A stretch of 64,000 nt of DNA. Origin: an uncultured Chloroflexia bacterium (GTDB taxonomy: Bacteria; Chloroflexota; Dehalococcoidia; Dehalococcoidales; RBG-16-60-22). Position 1 is the stretch's first letter, and each line of letters begins with the position of its first letter. Where the stretch lies: positions 948,137-1,012,136 of the forward strand of contig CAVUAE010000001.1 in assembly GCA_963739395.1 (NCBI GenBank), written 5' to 3'. This document shows, one piece after another, positions 9,748 to 17,758 of this stretch. The translations under genes and the position numbers were made by a program. A model generated the notes under the pieces. It was given only the letters and a program-made list of their open reading frames with translations. It was not told the origin of the DNA and searched no databases.

Positions 9748-11058
9748 ATGACATGGCAGGAAAAACGGGAAGAAAGATTTAAGAAATGGCTCGAAGCTCC
9801 CGGCGTCACCTTCAACAGCCCGGAGGCGAAAAGGAAATATCAGGAGCGCGTCACCCGCTTCATTAAAGTCATCAAACTGGAAAAACCCGACCGCGTGCCG
9901 GTGATTTTACCAGCTGGTTATTATCCCGCTATTTACGCCGGTTATTCTCTCAAAGAGGTCATGTACGATTATAAAAAGCTGGCTAAAGCCTGGCTGAAGT
10001 TTAACCATGATTTCCAGCCGGATAGTTTTATTGGCCCTGGTCTGGTATATCCCGGCCGTGTTATCGAGAAAATCGGTCATAAGCTGCATAAATGGCCCGG
10101 CCATGGTCTACCGGATAATGCCCCTATGTATCAATTCGTCGAGGGCGTTTATATGCAGCCGGAGGAATACGATGACTTTATAGAAAATCCCACCGAGTAC
10201 TGGATGAGGGTTTTCTTACCCCGTACCGCCGGTGCCCTCGAGTCCTTCCAGTATCTGACGCCCTTTAACCCCGTTATGACTAATCCGCTCGGCTGGGTAA
10301 TGTCTTTCGCTAATCTTGACGTGCGAAAATCCTTTGAGTCATTAATTGACGCCGGTAAGGAAATCGCTAAATGGCGCGACGCCGTCGGCAAAGTCAACCA
10401 AGAGGCGTTGGCGGAGGGTTTCGCTTCGTTCAGCGGGGCAGCTATGGCTGGCGCGCCTTTCGACAACCTTTCCGATGTCCTCCGCGGCACTCAGGGCATC
10501 GTCATGGATATGTTCCGCCGACCGGATAAAATTAAAGAGGCTATGGAGCGGCTGGTACCCATCATCGTTAAAGGGGCGGTGAAGGGAGCCGAAAATTCTT
10601 TGAGTCCGGTGGTCATGATGCCCCTGCATAAAGGCGATAATTCCTTCATGTCCGGCAAGCAGTTCGAGGAATTTTACTGGCCTACCTTAAAGAAAGTGCT
10701 GCTTGGTATGGTCAACGAGGGACTCGTCCCCATGCCCTTTGCCGAGGGCAATTACGAGCCCCGACTCGACCTTATAAAAGATATGCCCCACTCATCGGTC
10801 GTCTGGTACTTCGAGGTCATGGACATGTCGAAGGCCAAAAAAGTATTAGGTAATGTATCCTGTATCACCGGCAATGTCCCCGCCTCGATAGTCGCCACTG
10901 GCACGCCCGAAGAAGTTAAACAAGCCTGCCGCAAGCTAATAACTATCTGCGCTCCCGGTGGCGGTTATATTCTCATGGGCGCAGCCAGCGTCAGTAAATG
11001 CAATCCGGAGAACCTGCACGCCATGATGGCAGCGGCGGAGGAATACGGCAAGTATTAA
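9748..11058 (+). CDS. URO-D/MtaA superfamily protein, paralog 6
   Basis: PDRVP, PFDNLSDVLRG, MPLHKG, ITGNVP, GGGYIL. Confidence 0.85.
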   Translation: MTWQEKREERFKKWLEAPGVTFNSPEAKRKYQERVTRFIKVIKLEKPDRVPVILPAGYYPAIYAGYSLKEVMYDYKKLAKAWLKFNHDFQPDSFIGPGLVYPGRVIEKIGHKLHKWPGHGLPDNAPMYQFVEGVYMQPEEYDDFIENPTEYWMRVFLPRTAGALESFQYLTPFNPVMTNPLGWVMSFANLDVRKSFESLIDAGKEIAKWRDAVGKVNQEALAEGFASFSGAAMAGAPFDNLSDVLRGTQGIVMDMFRRPDKIKEAMERLVPIIVKGAVKGAENSLSPVVMMPLHKGDNSFMSGKQFEEFYWPTLKKVLLGMVNEGLVPMPFAEGNYEPRLDLIKDMPHSSVVWYFEVMDMSKAKKVLGNVSCITGNVPASIVATGTPEEVKQACRKLITICAPGGGYILMGAASVSKCNPENLHAMMAAAEEYGKY

Positions 11059-11210
11059 ATACGTTTAATACGTATACCTTGCTTATCTTATTTTCTTTAT
11101 CAGCATTTTAGCGGATGCAAGAATTTTTAATTTAAGGCATAATAGATAGGATGCCCTATTGAAACCGTCTAAGAATACGGTTTAGATAAATAAAAACAGG
11201 AGAAATAATA

Positions 11211-12068
11211 ATGGAAACAAAAGTATCTACCCCGACTAGAGAAGTCATCATTTCTTACGACCGTCCTACGGTTATCATCGGCGAGCGTATAAATCCGACC
11301 GGTAAGAAGAAACTCGCTGAAGCGCTTAAAAACGGCGACCTTTCTGTCGTCAAAAAGGAAGCTTTGGAACAGGTTGCCGCCGGCGCAACTATCCTCGACT
11401 GCAACGTCAATGCCCCCGGCGTTAATGATGTGAAACTTCTCCCCGAGGCTATTAAACTCATTCAGGCAACGGTTGACGTGCCTCTCTGCATCGATAGTCC
11501 CAACTCCGATGCTCTAGAAGCCGGACTGAAAGTCTATAAAGGCAAACCGCTGGTCAACTCCGTGAGTGCAGAAAAAGCAAAACTAGAGCGCGTCCTGCCC
11601 CTAATCAAAGAGTACGGCGCCGCGGTCACCGGTTTAGTCCAGGACGAAGATGGCATTCCTAAAACCGCCGAACGCCGCGTGGCTAATGCTTATAAGATTG
11701 TCGAGGCCGCCGCGAAAATGGGTATCCCCAAGGAAGATATCATTATCGATGTCATGACTTATCCTATCGGCGTCGAGCCTAAAGCCGCTATGGACGTTCT
11801 CGCCGCCTTGCGACAGATACGTAAGGAGCTTGGCTTGAACATGACGATGGGCGCAAGCAATATATCTTTCGGCATGCCGGATCGACCGATACTGAATAGT
11901 GCCTGGATAGCGATGGTTATCGAGGCTGGCGGTACCGCTCTAATTGCCGACGCGGCTAAGGTTATGCCGGCCGTGTTATCCGCCGACCTTCTCCTGGGGC
12001 GCGATAGGTTCGCCCGGCGCTATCTGGAAGACCACCGCAAACGCGCTGCCGAACAGCCGCCGAAATAA
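11211..12068 (+). CDS. Pterin-binding methyl-THF:corrinoid methyltransferase (AcsE/MetH pterin-domain-like)
   Basis: IIGERINPTGKK, ILDCN, PLCIDS, LVNSVS, IIIDV and GASNISFGMP motifs. Confidence 0.9.
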   Translation: METKVSTPTREVIISYDRPTVIIGERINPTGKKKLAEALKNGDLSVVKKEALEQVAAGATILDCNVNAPGVNDVKLLPEAIKLIQATVDVPLCIDSPNSDALEAGLKVYKGKPLVNSVSAEKAKLERVLPLIKEYGAAVTGLVQDEDGIPKTAERRVANAYKIVEAAAKMGIPKEDIIIDVMTYPIGVEPKAAMDVLAALRQIRKELGLNMTMGASNISFGMPDRPILNSAWIAMVIEAGGTALIADAAKVMPAVLSADLLLGRDRFARRYLEDHRKRAAEQPPK

Positions 12069-12101
12069 CAAAATATCACACTGAAAGCATAGAAAAACCT
12101 C

Positions 12102-12131
12102 GGGGTGGGGATATGTAATCCTCACCCCCTT
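12102..12131 (+). terminator. Probable terminator hairpin after the methyl-transfer locus
   Basis: GGGGTGGGG...CCTCACCCC stem with a short T tail. Confidence 0.45.
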
Positions 12132-12135
12132 ATGC

Positions 12136-12165
12136 TTGACACCTATCATCGTTAACAGATATACT
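12136..12165 (+). promoter_or_regulatory. Promoter of tRNA-fMet
   Basis: TTGACA-N18-TATACT upstream of 12182. Confidence 0.55.
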
Positions 12166-12181
12166 TAAGATTGCGTCTCAA

Positions 12182-12256
<75 letters not shown>

Positions 12257-12268
12257 ACGATAATTGAT

Positions 12269-12300
12269 AAGCCCATCTCGAATGGTGGGCTTTATGTTTT
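12269..12300 (+). terminator. tRNA-fMet terminator
   Basis: AAGCCCA...TGGGCTT stem followed by TATGTTTT. Confidence 0.65.
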
Positions 12301-12394
12301 TAGATATATCGTGTATAATGTCAACATTTTGTAGTTATTGGCGCATAAAAAAGGAAAGCAAATTTTTAACATTACATAAAAAGGAGCAACAAAA

Positions 12395-12907
12395 ATGGAA
12401 AACGGTCAAAAAATGTTCTTTGATTTTATCATGGAACGCACGCAAGATGGCAAGCAGGAAGCAATGGCCGCAGCCTTGGAGGAGAGCTTCAGGCCACCAC
12501 AAGAGGGCAGATTTGACCCGGATGCTTTTAAGAGAGGCATTGAGGTCATAACATCCATGTTGAAACCGGAAGCCGTTGCAGAATTTCAAAAGATGATGAA
12601 CCCTTTCGGCGACATGGAAGAAAGCGGCGAACCGCAAGAACTAAAGAACATGCTGGAGCAGCCTAACAAGTACAAATGTAGAGATAATACTCCAAGCGTT
12701 TCAAAAGATGAGATGCGCGCGGCATTCGCATGCTCTAAAAAAGCGCACGAGATGAAATGCGACTGTTGGAACACTCATTGCGTATTTTACGGCGATTGCC
12801 GAAAATGTATTGTATTTCATTTGTGCTTGAAGCAGTTCCCAACTTGCCAAAGGGCTCTGTTGGGGGACTTAGAGGAACACTATATTGTGTTTAGCCGCGA
12901 TAAATAG
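12395..12907 (+). CDS. Hypothetical fusion: helical N-domain plus Cys-rich (DUF6485-like) domain
   Basis: C-terminal CDCWNTHCVFYGDCRKCIVFH...PTC; AAGGAG RBS. Confidence 0.7.
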   Translation: MENGQKMFFDFIMERTQDGKQEAMAAALEESFRPPQEGRFDPDAFKRGIEVITSMLKPEAVAEFQKMMNPFGDMEESGEPQELKNMLEQPNKYKCRDNTPSVSKDEMRAAFACSKKAHEMKCDCWNTHCVFYGDCRKCIVFHLCLKQFPTCQRALLGDLEEHYIVFSRDK

Positions 12908-12961
12908 TACATATTTCGCGAATCGTCAGACCAACTTATTATGATGAAAGGGTGCACTAAA

Positions 12962-13237
12962 ATGCAAGAAGAAAAAAACATACTGGAACAGCCGAACAAA
13001 TACAAATGGAGAGAAAATCCTCCAAAAGTCACCCCCGGGGAAATGCGTATGGCAATGGCGCACGCCCGTGAAGCGGACAAGCTCGAATGCGATTGTTGGA
13101 ATACCAAATGTCCAAACTTCGGCGATTGCCGGAAGTGCGTTGTGTACGAAATGTGTTTGAAACAATTACCGACTTGCGAAAGGGATCTATTGGAGGAATT
13201 GCAGCAACACTATATTGCTTTTAGCGGCGATAAATAG
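12962..13237 (+). CDS. Small Cys-rich protein, paralog of the C-domain of the preceding gene
   Basis: LEQPNKYK...CDCWNTKCPNFGDCRKCVVYE...PTC...HYIAFSGDK aligns with the end of the 12395 ORF. Confidence 0.7.
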   Translation: MQEEKNILEQPNKYKWRENPPKVTPGEMRMAMAHAREADKLECDCWNTKCPNFGDCRKCVVYEMCLKQLPTCERDLLEELQQHYIAFSGDK

Positions 13238-13307
13238 CACATATTCAAAAGCAAACCGCATACTCTAGCCACGCTTGGAGGCAAGCAGTAAGGATGCACG
13301 CCCGATT

Positions 13308-13390
13308 TTCTGGAAGAGCATCCCGATTGTATCGGGAAAGTCACGAGTTCGAATCTCGTACGCTCCACCCGAGGGGATTCGAACTGAACC
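13308..13390 (+). pseudogene. tRNA 3'-half remnant(s)
   Basis: GGAAGAGCA, TCCCGA-TTGTA-TCGGGA, ACGAG-TTCGAAT-CTCGT, ACGCTCCACC with no matching 5' acceptor strand; an opposite-strand GTTCGAATCC fragment follows. Confidence 0.5.
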
Positions 13391-13459
13391 AATTATGGTA
13401 TACTAAAGGAAAGGCAAACAGTTCTGTCTATTGTACAACCCCCGCTACCAAATAAAGAT

Positions 13460-13487
13460 AAAGCCCAGTTCGATGCTGGGCTTTTTT
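13460..13487 (+). terminator. Intrinsic terminator (displaced tRNA terminator)
   Basis: AAAGCCCAG-TTCGATG-CTGGGCTTT-TTTG. Confidence 0.75.
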
Positions 13488-13569
13488 GTTTGCCTGCTTC
13501 CCTTGACATTTCCATATCGAATGGCGCATAATAAGCGAACAAACATTCTAATATCAAGGAGAATAAATC

Positions 13570-14001
13570 ATGGTAAAAGTAAATTTTTTCTTAAGATTCC
13601 CGGGCACCTGCGAACAAGCCTTTATGTTCTATCAATCCGTCTTCGGCGGGGAACTATTCATGCTGCAGCGCTTTAAGGAGATGATACCTCACGGTTTTAA
13701 AATAGAAAAAGAGGACGAAGAGAAAATCGCCTTTGTCGCCTTGAAGCTGGGTAAAAAGATTTTATTCGGTGGCGATGATTATAACCAGACCTTCTCCAAA
13801 CCACTGGTGCAGGGAAACAACGTTCCCCTTGGTGTCAGCGCCGCGAGCAAGAAAGACGCAGGAAAGTTGTACGACGCGTTATCCGAGGGCGGCACGGAAA
13901 AAAGCCCCCTGGCTGATATGTACTGGGGTCAGTACACCGGCTCTTTTAAAGATAAATTTGGTATCTGGTGGAATGTGAGTTATTACCACCCTAAAAAATA
14001 A
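13570..14001 (+). CDS. VOC/PhnB-like glyoxalase family protein
   Basis: CEQAFMFYQSVFGG, LADMYWGQYTGSFKDKFGIWWNV. Confidence 0.88.
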   Translation: MVKVNFFLRFPGTCEQAFMFYQSVFGGELFMLQRFKEMIPHGFKIEKEDEEKIAFVALKLGKKILFGGDDYNQTFSKPLVQGNNVPLGVSAASKKDAGKLYDALSEGGTEKSPLADMYWGQYTGSFKDKFGIWWNVSYYHPKK

Positions 14002-14012
14002 ATAGTTTACGG

Positions 14013-15089
14013 TTACCTCTCCGCCAGTATTTTGTAAAGGCCGGTGCTATCCTTCGGCGGGACGGCTTCCTGCTCTTTCTTGACCAGTCTTAAAGCTTCC
14101 GACGGGCAGTTTGCTACGCAGTTGCCGCACCCGATACAGCGGTCTAAGTTGATTGTTGTATACCCATTCTGCTCGTCAATTTTAACGGCATTAATCTGGC
14201 ATTTTTCGACACATATCCCGCAGGCGGTGCACTTTTCCGTGTCGACTACAGCATAAAAGTTGTGCGCCCAATTCACTGCCGGATTGGGCGACATCTTAAG
14301 TCTGGTAAGGACGCCGCAGCAGCACCCGCAACAGGCGCAGACGAAGTCAACTTTCTGGTAGTTGGTCGGCTGCAGGACAAGTCCGTCTTCTTCATTCTGG
14401 CGCATAATTTCCAGGGCTTTTTCACGGGTTACTTCTTTTGCCAAGCCGAGTTTGATGAAATGCCTGGCCCAATCGCCGAAGGACATGCAGGTCTCTTCAC
14501 GCGTTGTTACATGACAGGGTTTCCCCCTTTGTTTCGCCCCTTCCCGACACATACAGCTGCTAGCGATGATAGGTCCGTCGGTGGTTTTGATAATTTCTCT
14601 GATTTGGTCGTAGGTGGCGATACGATGTTCCAACGGGATGCTTTTTTCCACGGGAATAGTCCGCAGCTGCGATACTTTTGTACTGGCATACGCCTTACCA
14701 AATTCTCCACTCGTATATTCACCAAAATCCGCCCAGAACTGGGGCGTCGCTTTATTTCCATGCAATTCCACGATACCGACTAATAGAGGCATAGTAAAAT
14801 AGTGTTCAGTACCGTTTTTCAACGTGCTGCAGATGGCTCCGTTTCTTTCTATCTCCTCCAGCAGACTCTTTACTTTTTCTAAAGATATGCTGTTGCTTTT
14901 AACTTGATTATAGATATCCAGAGCGGACTGTGGCGTGTAGTTTAAGTGAAGCGCTAAGCTCGCCTGTTCTGGAGTGAAAAGTTCCTTTAAAATGCGAATC
15001 TCAACTCCAGACTTCGTGGCGGGGAAGCCTACTGCTTGCTTATCCAGATGCTGCTGAAGTTCGACATAGACCTTATCTGCGTTTTGCAT
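14013..15089 (-). CDS. 4Fe-4S dicluster-binding protein
   Basis: Two CxxCxxCxxxC motifs (CTACGICVEKC, CIGCGNCVANC) plus SCMCR and CACCGCCC clusters. Confidence 0.85.
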   Translation of the reverse strand: MQNADKVYVELQQHLDKQAVGFPATKSGVEIRILKELFTPEQASLALHLNYTPQSALDIYNQVKSNSISLEKVKSLLEEIERNGAICSTLKNGTEHYFTMPLLVGIVELHGNKATPQFWADFGEYTSGEFGKAYASTKVSQLRTIPVEKSIPLEHRIATYDQIREIIKTTDGPIIASSCMCREGAKQRGKPCHVTTREETCMSFGDWARHFIKLGLAKEVTREKALEIMRQNEEDGLVLQPTNYQKVDFVCACCGCCCGVLTRLKMSPNPAVNWAHNFYAVVDTEKCTACGICVEKCQINAVKIDEQNGYTTINLDRCIGCGNCVANCPSEALRLVKKEQEAVPPKDSTGLYKILAER

Positions 15090-15141
15090 CCAAGTTAATT
15101 TCCTTTCTTATCTATATAAAACAACTAGATTATTAAAAATA

Positions 15142-16020
15142 TTAGAAGAAATCCAGGATTCTGGGGAACTTTTCCCGCGACCTGCCTTTGGTTAAGGTCT
15201 GCGGAATAGCTTCTGCCAGTTCTTCAGTGGTCCAGGCGCCTTCTTTCTCCAGCGCTTCCTGTACTGGCGGCGGGTCGGTAAATATTCCCACATGCCCCCG
15301 CCATACTTCGAAGATACAGCCGTTAATATGGTCGGCTTGCTCGCTCGCCAGGTAAACCACCAGGGCGGCGACGTCTTCCGGTTTGTTAGCTTCAACCTTG
15401 GGGTTTTTCTCCACCGCGCCGCGCCAGGCGGCAATCGGGCGGATGGCGTTACAGGTTACGCCGAATTCCGCCATGTCACGGGCAACAACGCGGGTCAAGC
15501 CGACAATGCCTTCTTTAGCGGCGGCGTAGGAAACGAAGCCTGACCAACCCAGCCCCACGTGCGAAGACGTATTGATGATGCGGCCGTACTTTTGTTTTCT
15601 CATGTAAGAACACGCCCGCCGCGTGCAGTAAAACGTGCCGTAAAGGTGGGTCTTCATGATAATGTCCCAGTCATCGGGGTTGATATCGGCGATATTTTTG
15701 GGGTCCTTGACCAAACCAGCATTGTTAATCAATATATCGATACGCCCATAATTATCCAGCGCGGTCTGGATGATGTTTTCCGCGCCTTTTTCCGACGTCA
15801 CGCTATCATAGCAGGCGATAGCAATATTGCCCGCGGCTCTGATTTCTCTGACAACATTATCCGCAGGTTCTTGCGAAATGCCCTGTCCGTAAGCGGACGT
15901 GCCGATATCATTCACCACCACCTTTGCCCCCTGTTTAGCCAGCCCGATAGCCTCTGCCCGCCCGATGCCGCTACCCGCCCCGGTAACCACCGCCACTTTA
16001 CCTTCTAAAAGTTTTCGCAT
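15142..16020 (-). CDS. SDR family NAD(P)-dependent oxidoreductase
   Basis: VTGAGSGIG, NNAG and YAAAK motifs. Start at ATG 16020. Confidence 0.92.
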   Translation of the reverse strand: MRKLLEGKVAVVTGAGSGIGRAEAIGLAKQGAKVVVNDIGTSAYGQGISQEPADNVVREIRAAGNIAIACYDSVTSEKGAENIIQTALDNYGRIDILINNAGLVKDPKNIADINPDDWDIIMKTHLYGTFYCTRRACSYMRKQKYGRIINTSSHVGLGWSGFVSYAAAKEGIVGLTRVVARDMAEFGVTCNAIRPIAAWRGAVEKNPKVEANKPEDVAALVVYLASEQADHINGCIFEVWRGHVGIFTDPPPVQEALEKEGAWTTEELAEAIPQTLTKGRSREKFPRILDFF

Positions 16021-16158
16021 GTTATACCCCCGGTTAATTAATGATGAGTTTTTATTATTATACAACTAGAAGTACTAAAGATAAAAAGAAATCCCACGAA
16101 TCTTAGGGAAACGGGGGATTTTTGTTGTTCCTTGTTTGAATCAGCTATCCAGCGGAAT

Positions 16159-17628
16159 CTAAATAGCTTTTACGATGAATGCGAAGATAGCGGCTAGTCC
16201 CAGGTAAGCCGCGCTGCTGGACAAACTGGTGAAGACGAAAGCCCTTATTGCTTTACTCTCACTGACGCCCAAGCGCCTGCCGTGAATCAGATAGAAGAAA
16301 CCGATACTGACCGTCCCGCCGATAACAAACTGGGCGATTAAAGCCGGTACAGTCGCCCCCGTTAAATTAATCAACCACAATATCACCCCAGGGAAAATGA
16401 TGAAGGCGAGGTTTATTGCGGGATATATCAGGGCAGTATACCAGTGTAATCTGACCGCCCCTGCGCCCAGGAAACGGGGCATAAGATAGAGCCAAGCCAG
16501 TACCCAGATTACTGTAGCGAATATCAACGCGAAAGGAAAGGATAAACTCAAACCCGAACCTTGTACATTGGCGAAGAATTTATCAAACCCTGATTGCTCT
16601 TTAACCGTGATGACGATGTCCTCGGTGGAGTTGCTTTGGGTATAGCTGACCCGCCACACACGCCCATAATAATCGTCCCTGGCTTCATTCACGGCGTATG
16701 AGGGTATATTAACGAATTGGTTAATGTATGCCCCTTCAATGATTTCATAGCCGGAGTGGTCGTCCCCCAATTTGGGGTAAACTACATCAAAGTCCATTCC
16801 TGCTGGAGCGACGATATAGACCCGCGTTATCTCTATCGGCTTTGACCAAGCCGCACCCGTTCCGAGGGGATAGGTATAAGTGGGTCCGGCTTCCGTTTCA
16901 ATGAGCGATGCCTGCCAGGAGAGATGTAAACCGGGCTCGCTCTGGGTTTGTTCTGTCGGCTCGGACCCGAAGGTTTCTTCGTTTTGTGGCTGGGTGTGCA
17001 ACTTGACTATCGCAATCTGTTGCCCCTTGAGACTCGCCAGTGTATCGGCGACGGAGGCTGGTAGGCCGGTAGTCAAAATCAGAGCATCGAGGTCAGTGTT
17101 GTCATCAATGCCGTAGATGCTTATCTGGGAGCTTTCGGTCTCCAGCGTCATTTCCGGCTGCTGTTGAGTAGCGCCGCAGCCGGTCAGCATCATCGGTATC
17201 CATAACGGCGCCAGTATGGAACCGTTAGTCAACAGCGACCCGGTAAAAAGCACCTGGAGGGTGAACTTCTTCTCATTGGCGCGGTTGCGGATAATATTAT
17301 CGAGGTCTCTGGTAAGTACATTATTCAGGGTAAAAAGGTCTTCTTCAACCGCGGTGAAGTATGAGGACTTTTGCCCGATGGGGACGAAGAAGACCACTTC
17401 ATGCGACTGCTCTGTCGTATCCAGGATGGAGATAAAAAGGTCAACTTTAACGGTGTCTTTATCCAAAATGGTGACAACGGCTAGCTGGTGCCCTTCTTTA
17501 AGGTCAGCCCACAGGTCGTGGGACACGATAGGTCCGCCGTCCGCGAAAGCTGGGGCAGGGATGGCGATGGCTAGCATAACAATGAACAAGGCGGCTATGG
17601 CGAAAAATCTAAATTTTCTTGCGGACAA
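16159..17628 (-). CDS. Secreted/membrane hypothetical protein (N-terminus possibly DUF2330-like)
   Basis: Signal peptide ending AFA-D, one central and several C-terminal hydrophobic helices. Confidence 0.65.
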   Translation of the reverse strand: MSARKFRFFAIAALFIVMLAIAIPAPAFADGGPIVSHDLWADLKEGHQLAVVTILDKDTVKVDLFISILDTTEQSHEVVFFVPIGQKSSYFTAVEEDLFTLNNVLTRDLDNIIRNRANEKKFTLQVLFTGSLLTNGSILAPLWIPMMLTGCGATQQQPEMTLETESSQISIYGIDDNTDLDALILTTGLPASVADTLASLKGQQIAIVKLHTQPQNEETFGSEPTEQTQSEPGLHLSWQASLIETEAGPTYTYPLGTGAAWSKPIEITRVYIVAPAGMDFDVVYPKLGDDHSGYEIIEGAYINQFVNIPSYAVNEARDDYYGRVWRVSYTQSNSTEDIVITVKEQSGFDKFFANVQGSGLSLSFPFALIFATVIWVLAWLYLMPRFLGAGAVRLHWYTALIYPAINLAFIIFPGVILWLINLTGATVPALIAQFVIGGTVSIGFFYLIHGRRLGVSESKAIRAFVFTSLSSSAAYLGLAAIFAFIVKAI

Positions 17629-17758
17629 TATTAACCCCCGGAGATTTTGTTGATTTCAGTATAGAGTTTTAGATGAAGTAAATCAATAATATGAAAAAGG
17701 AAATCTCACGTATCCTAAAAACCGTAGGATTTTTTATTGTTACTCACCGCTTTTAAAC

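Larger units (their letters stand above)
12257..13451. mobile_element. Genomic islet remnant at tRNA-fMet (no integrase)
   Basis: The 13-bp CCCCCGCTACCAA at the tRNA 3' end (12245-12257) recurs at 13439-13451, and each copy is followed by a related AAGCCCA...TGGGCTT terminator. Confidence 0.65.

Noticed and set aside
2599-11058. Annotation of the six paralogs as haem-pathway uroporphyrinogen decarboxylase (hemE)
   Set aside because: They lack the HemE RQAGR N-terminal motif, are longer, and sit between corrinoid and pterin-binding genes.
1859-11461. Many minus-strand and alternate-frame ORFs over the methyl-transfer locus (e.g. 1859-2611, 3087-3521, 6791-7315)
   Set aside because: They are shadows of well-supported genes, with no motifs or RBS. 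The same applies to most short overlapping ORFs across the window.
15145-15170. Apparent third copy of the 16089/17701 hairpin
   Set aside because: It lies inside the SDR coding end (FPRILDFF) and does not form the stem.
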